This document shows, piece by piece, positions 62,394 to 64,000 of a stretch of DNA of 64,000 bases. Both the position numbers and the translations under genes were made by a program. Below the pieces are notes generated by a model. It did no database searches. It had not been told where the DNA came from and saw only the letters and a program-made list of their open reading frames with translations. The stretch comes from Macrostomum lignano. Taxonomy: Eukaryota. Location of the stretch: the NCBI GenBank assembly GCA_002269645.1, contig NIVC01000989.1, positions 1 through 64,000 of the forward strand, in the 5' to 3' direction. Position 1 is the first letter of the stretch; the number at the start of each line of letters is the position of its first letter.

Positions 62394-62738
62394 CATAAAC
62401 TGATCATAGAGCGCCTGTCCCATAGCCTCGCGCACGTGCTCATCAACGATAGGCAGTTTCCGACAGAGGAACTCCAGCGCAACAGATGCCTGCCTCTGGC
62501 TATCGGCATGGTCCAAGTTGCCCATAGCGAACATCAGATGATGGACAGCTCGCAGATAGACAAGTCGATCACAGATTCTATCCGACTGTCTAGCCAATTC
62601 GCCGATGCATTTCGCCGCGGCAGCCTGTTGAACGTAGATTGGCATCGGCGTGCTGCCGGCGTCGCCAGCGTCGCCGACTCCGCCAGACTGTTCCGCCCGG
62701 CTGGTGTCGCGATTTGGTCGGAGAAGTGTCACTACGGC
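62394..62738 (-). CDS. ARMH1: ARMH1 penultimate exon (gene continues beyond the window)
   Basis: QAAAAKCIG...YLRAVHHLMFAMGNLDHADSQRQAS...VDEHVREAMGQALYDQFM matches ARMH1. GTGAGT donor in phase 0. Confidence 0.82.
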
Positions 62739-62824
62739 CTTGGATTTGGATAAAATGCGGAAAATTGTATCAACTTACATCAGGGAATCAGTTAACGTGG
62801 CGCACCTCTGCTTTTCAACTGTTC

Positions 62825-63985
62825 AGAATCAACAACACCCCATTTCTCTACCCATGAGAATCAACAACACCCCATTTCTCTACAGATGAGAATCAACAAC
62901 ACCCCATTTCTCTACCCATGAGAATCAACAACACCCCATTTCTCTACAGATGAGAATCAACAACACCCCATTTCTCTACCCATGATAATCAACAACACCC
63001 CATTTCTCTACCCATGAGAATCAACAACACCCCATTTCTCTACAGATGAGAATCAACAACACCCCATTTCTCTACCCATGAGAATCAACAACACCCCATT
63101 TCTCTACCCATGAGAAGCAACAACACTCCATTTCTCTACCCACGAGAGTCAACAACACCCCATTTTTCTACACATGAGAATCAACAACACCCCATTTCTC
63201 TACCCATGAGAATCAACAACACCCCATTTCTCTACCCACGAGAATCAACAACACCCCATTTTTTCTACCCATGAGAATCAACAACAGCCCACTTTTCTAC
63301 CCATGAGAATCAACAACACCCCATTTCTCTACCCATGAGAATCAACAACAGCCCACTTTTCTACCCACGAGAATCAACAACAGCCCACTTTTCTACCCAT
63401 GAGAATCAACAACACCCCATTTCTCTACCCATGAGAATCAACAACACCCCATTTCTCTACCCACGAAAATCAACAACACCCCATTTCTCTACCCATGAGA
63501 ATCAACAACACCCCATTTCTCTACCCATGAGAATCAACAACACCCCATTTCTCTACCCATGAGAATCAACAACCGCCCACTTTTCTACCCACGAGAATCA
63601 ACAACAGCCCACTTTTCTACCCATGAGAATCAACAACACCCCATTTCTCTACCCATGAGAATCAACAACACCCCATTTCTCTACCCACGAGAATCAACAA
63701 CACCCCATTTCTCTACCCATGAGAATCAACAACACCCCATTTCTCTACCCACGAGAATCAACAACACCCCATTTCTCTACCCATGAGAATCAACAACACC
63801 CCATTTCTCTACCAACGAGAATCAACAACACCCCATTTCTCTACCAACGAGAATCAACAACACCCCATTTCTCTACCCATGAGAATCAACAACACCCCAT
63901 TTCTCTACCCATGAGAATCAACAACACCCCATTTCTCTACCCATGAGAATCAACAACAGCCCACTTTTCTACCCATGAGAGTCAA
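62825..63985. repeat. 32-bp minisatellite in an ARMH1 intron
   Basis: Tandem gagaatcaacaacaccccatttctctacccat. Confidence 0.96.
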
Positions 63986-64000
63986 CCCCCCTTTTTTACC

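Overview
Eukaryotic (animal) genomic DNA with GC-rich exons and introns dominated by micro- and minisatellites. The style suggests a free-living flatworm such as Macrostomum, but that is inference, not something the sequence proves. In order, the window holds: an internally deleted Tc1/mariner element (3131-4349); a tandem trio of intronless genes encoding Zn-finger/coiled-coil/NHL-type beta-propeller proteins (5.0-12.9 kb, minus strand); a 2-exon aminergic/muscarinic-like GPCR (+); POLR3E/RPC5 (8 coding exons, minus); CEP70 (4 coding exons, minus); a 7-EC protocadherin (+, 3 exons); and the last two exons of ARMH1/C1orf228 (minus). Also present are a MITE with an 8-bp TSD, an inverted-repeat-bounded dispersed element, a CORE-type tRNA SINE and about 25 tandem arrays. 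The best candidate for an undescribed system is the NHL trio: framework blocks are nucleotide-identical, short propeller loops are hypervariable, and the middle copy looks like an unequal-crossover chimera, as expected of a diversifying recognition (immune-like) family. Second is an RNase H-bearing I/Ingi-like retroelement inserted into a poly-Ala (GCA)n tract of a CEP70 coding exon. Gene names come from recalled similarity to human orthologues, and exon models from manual splice-site and phase analysis; no database search was run.
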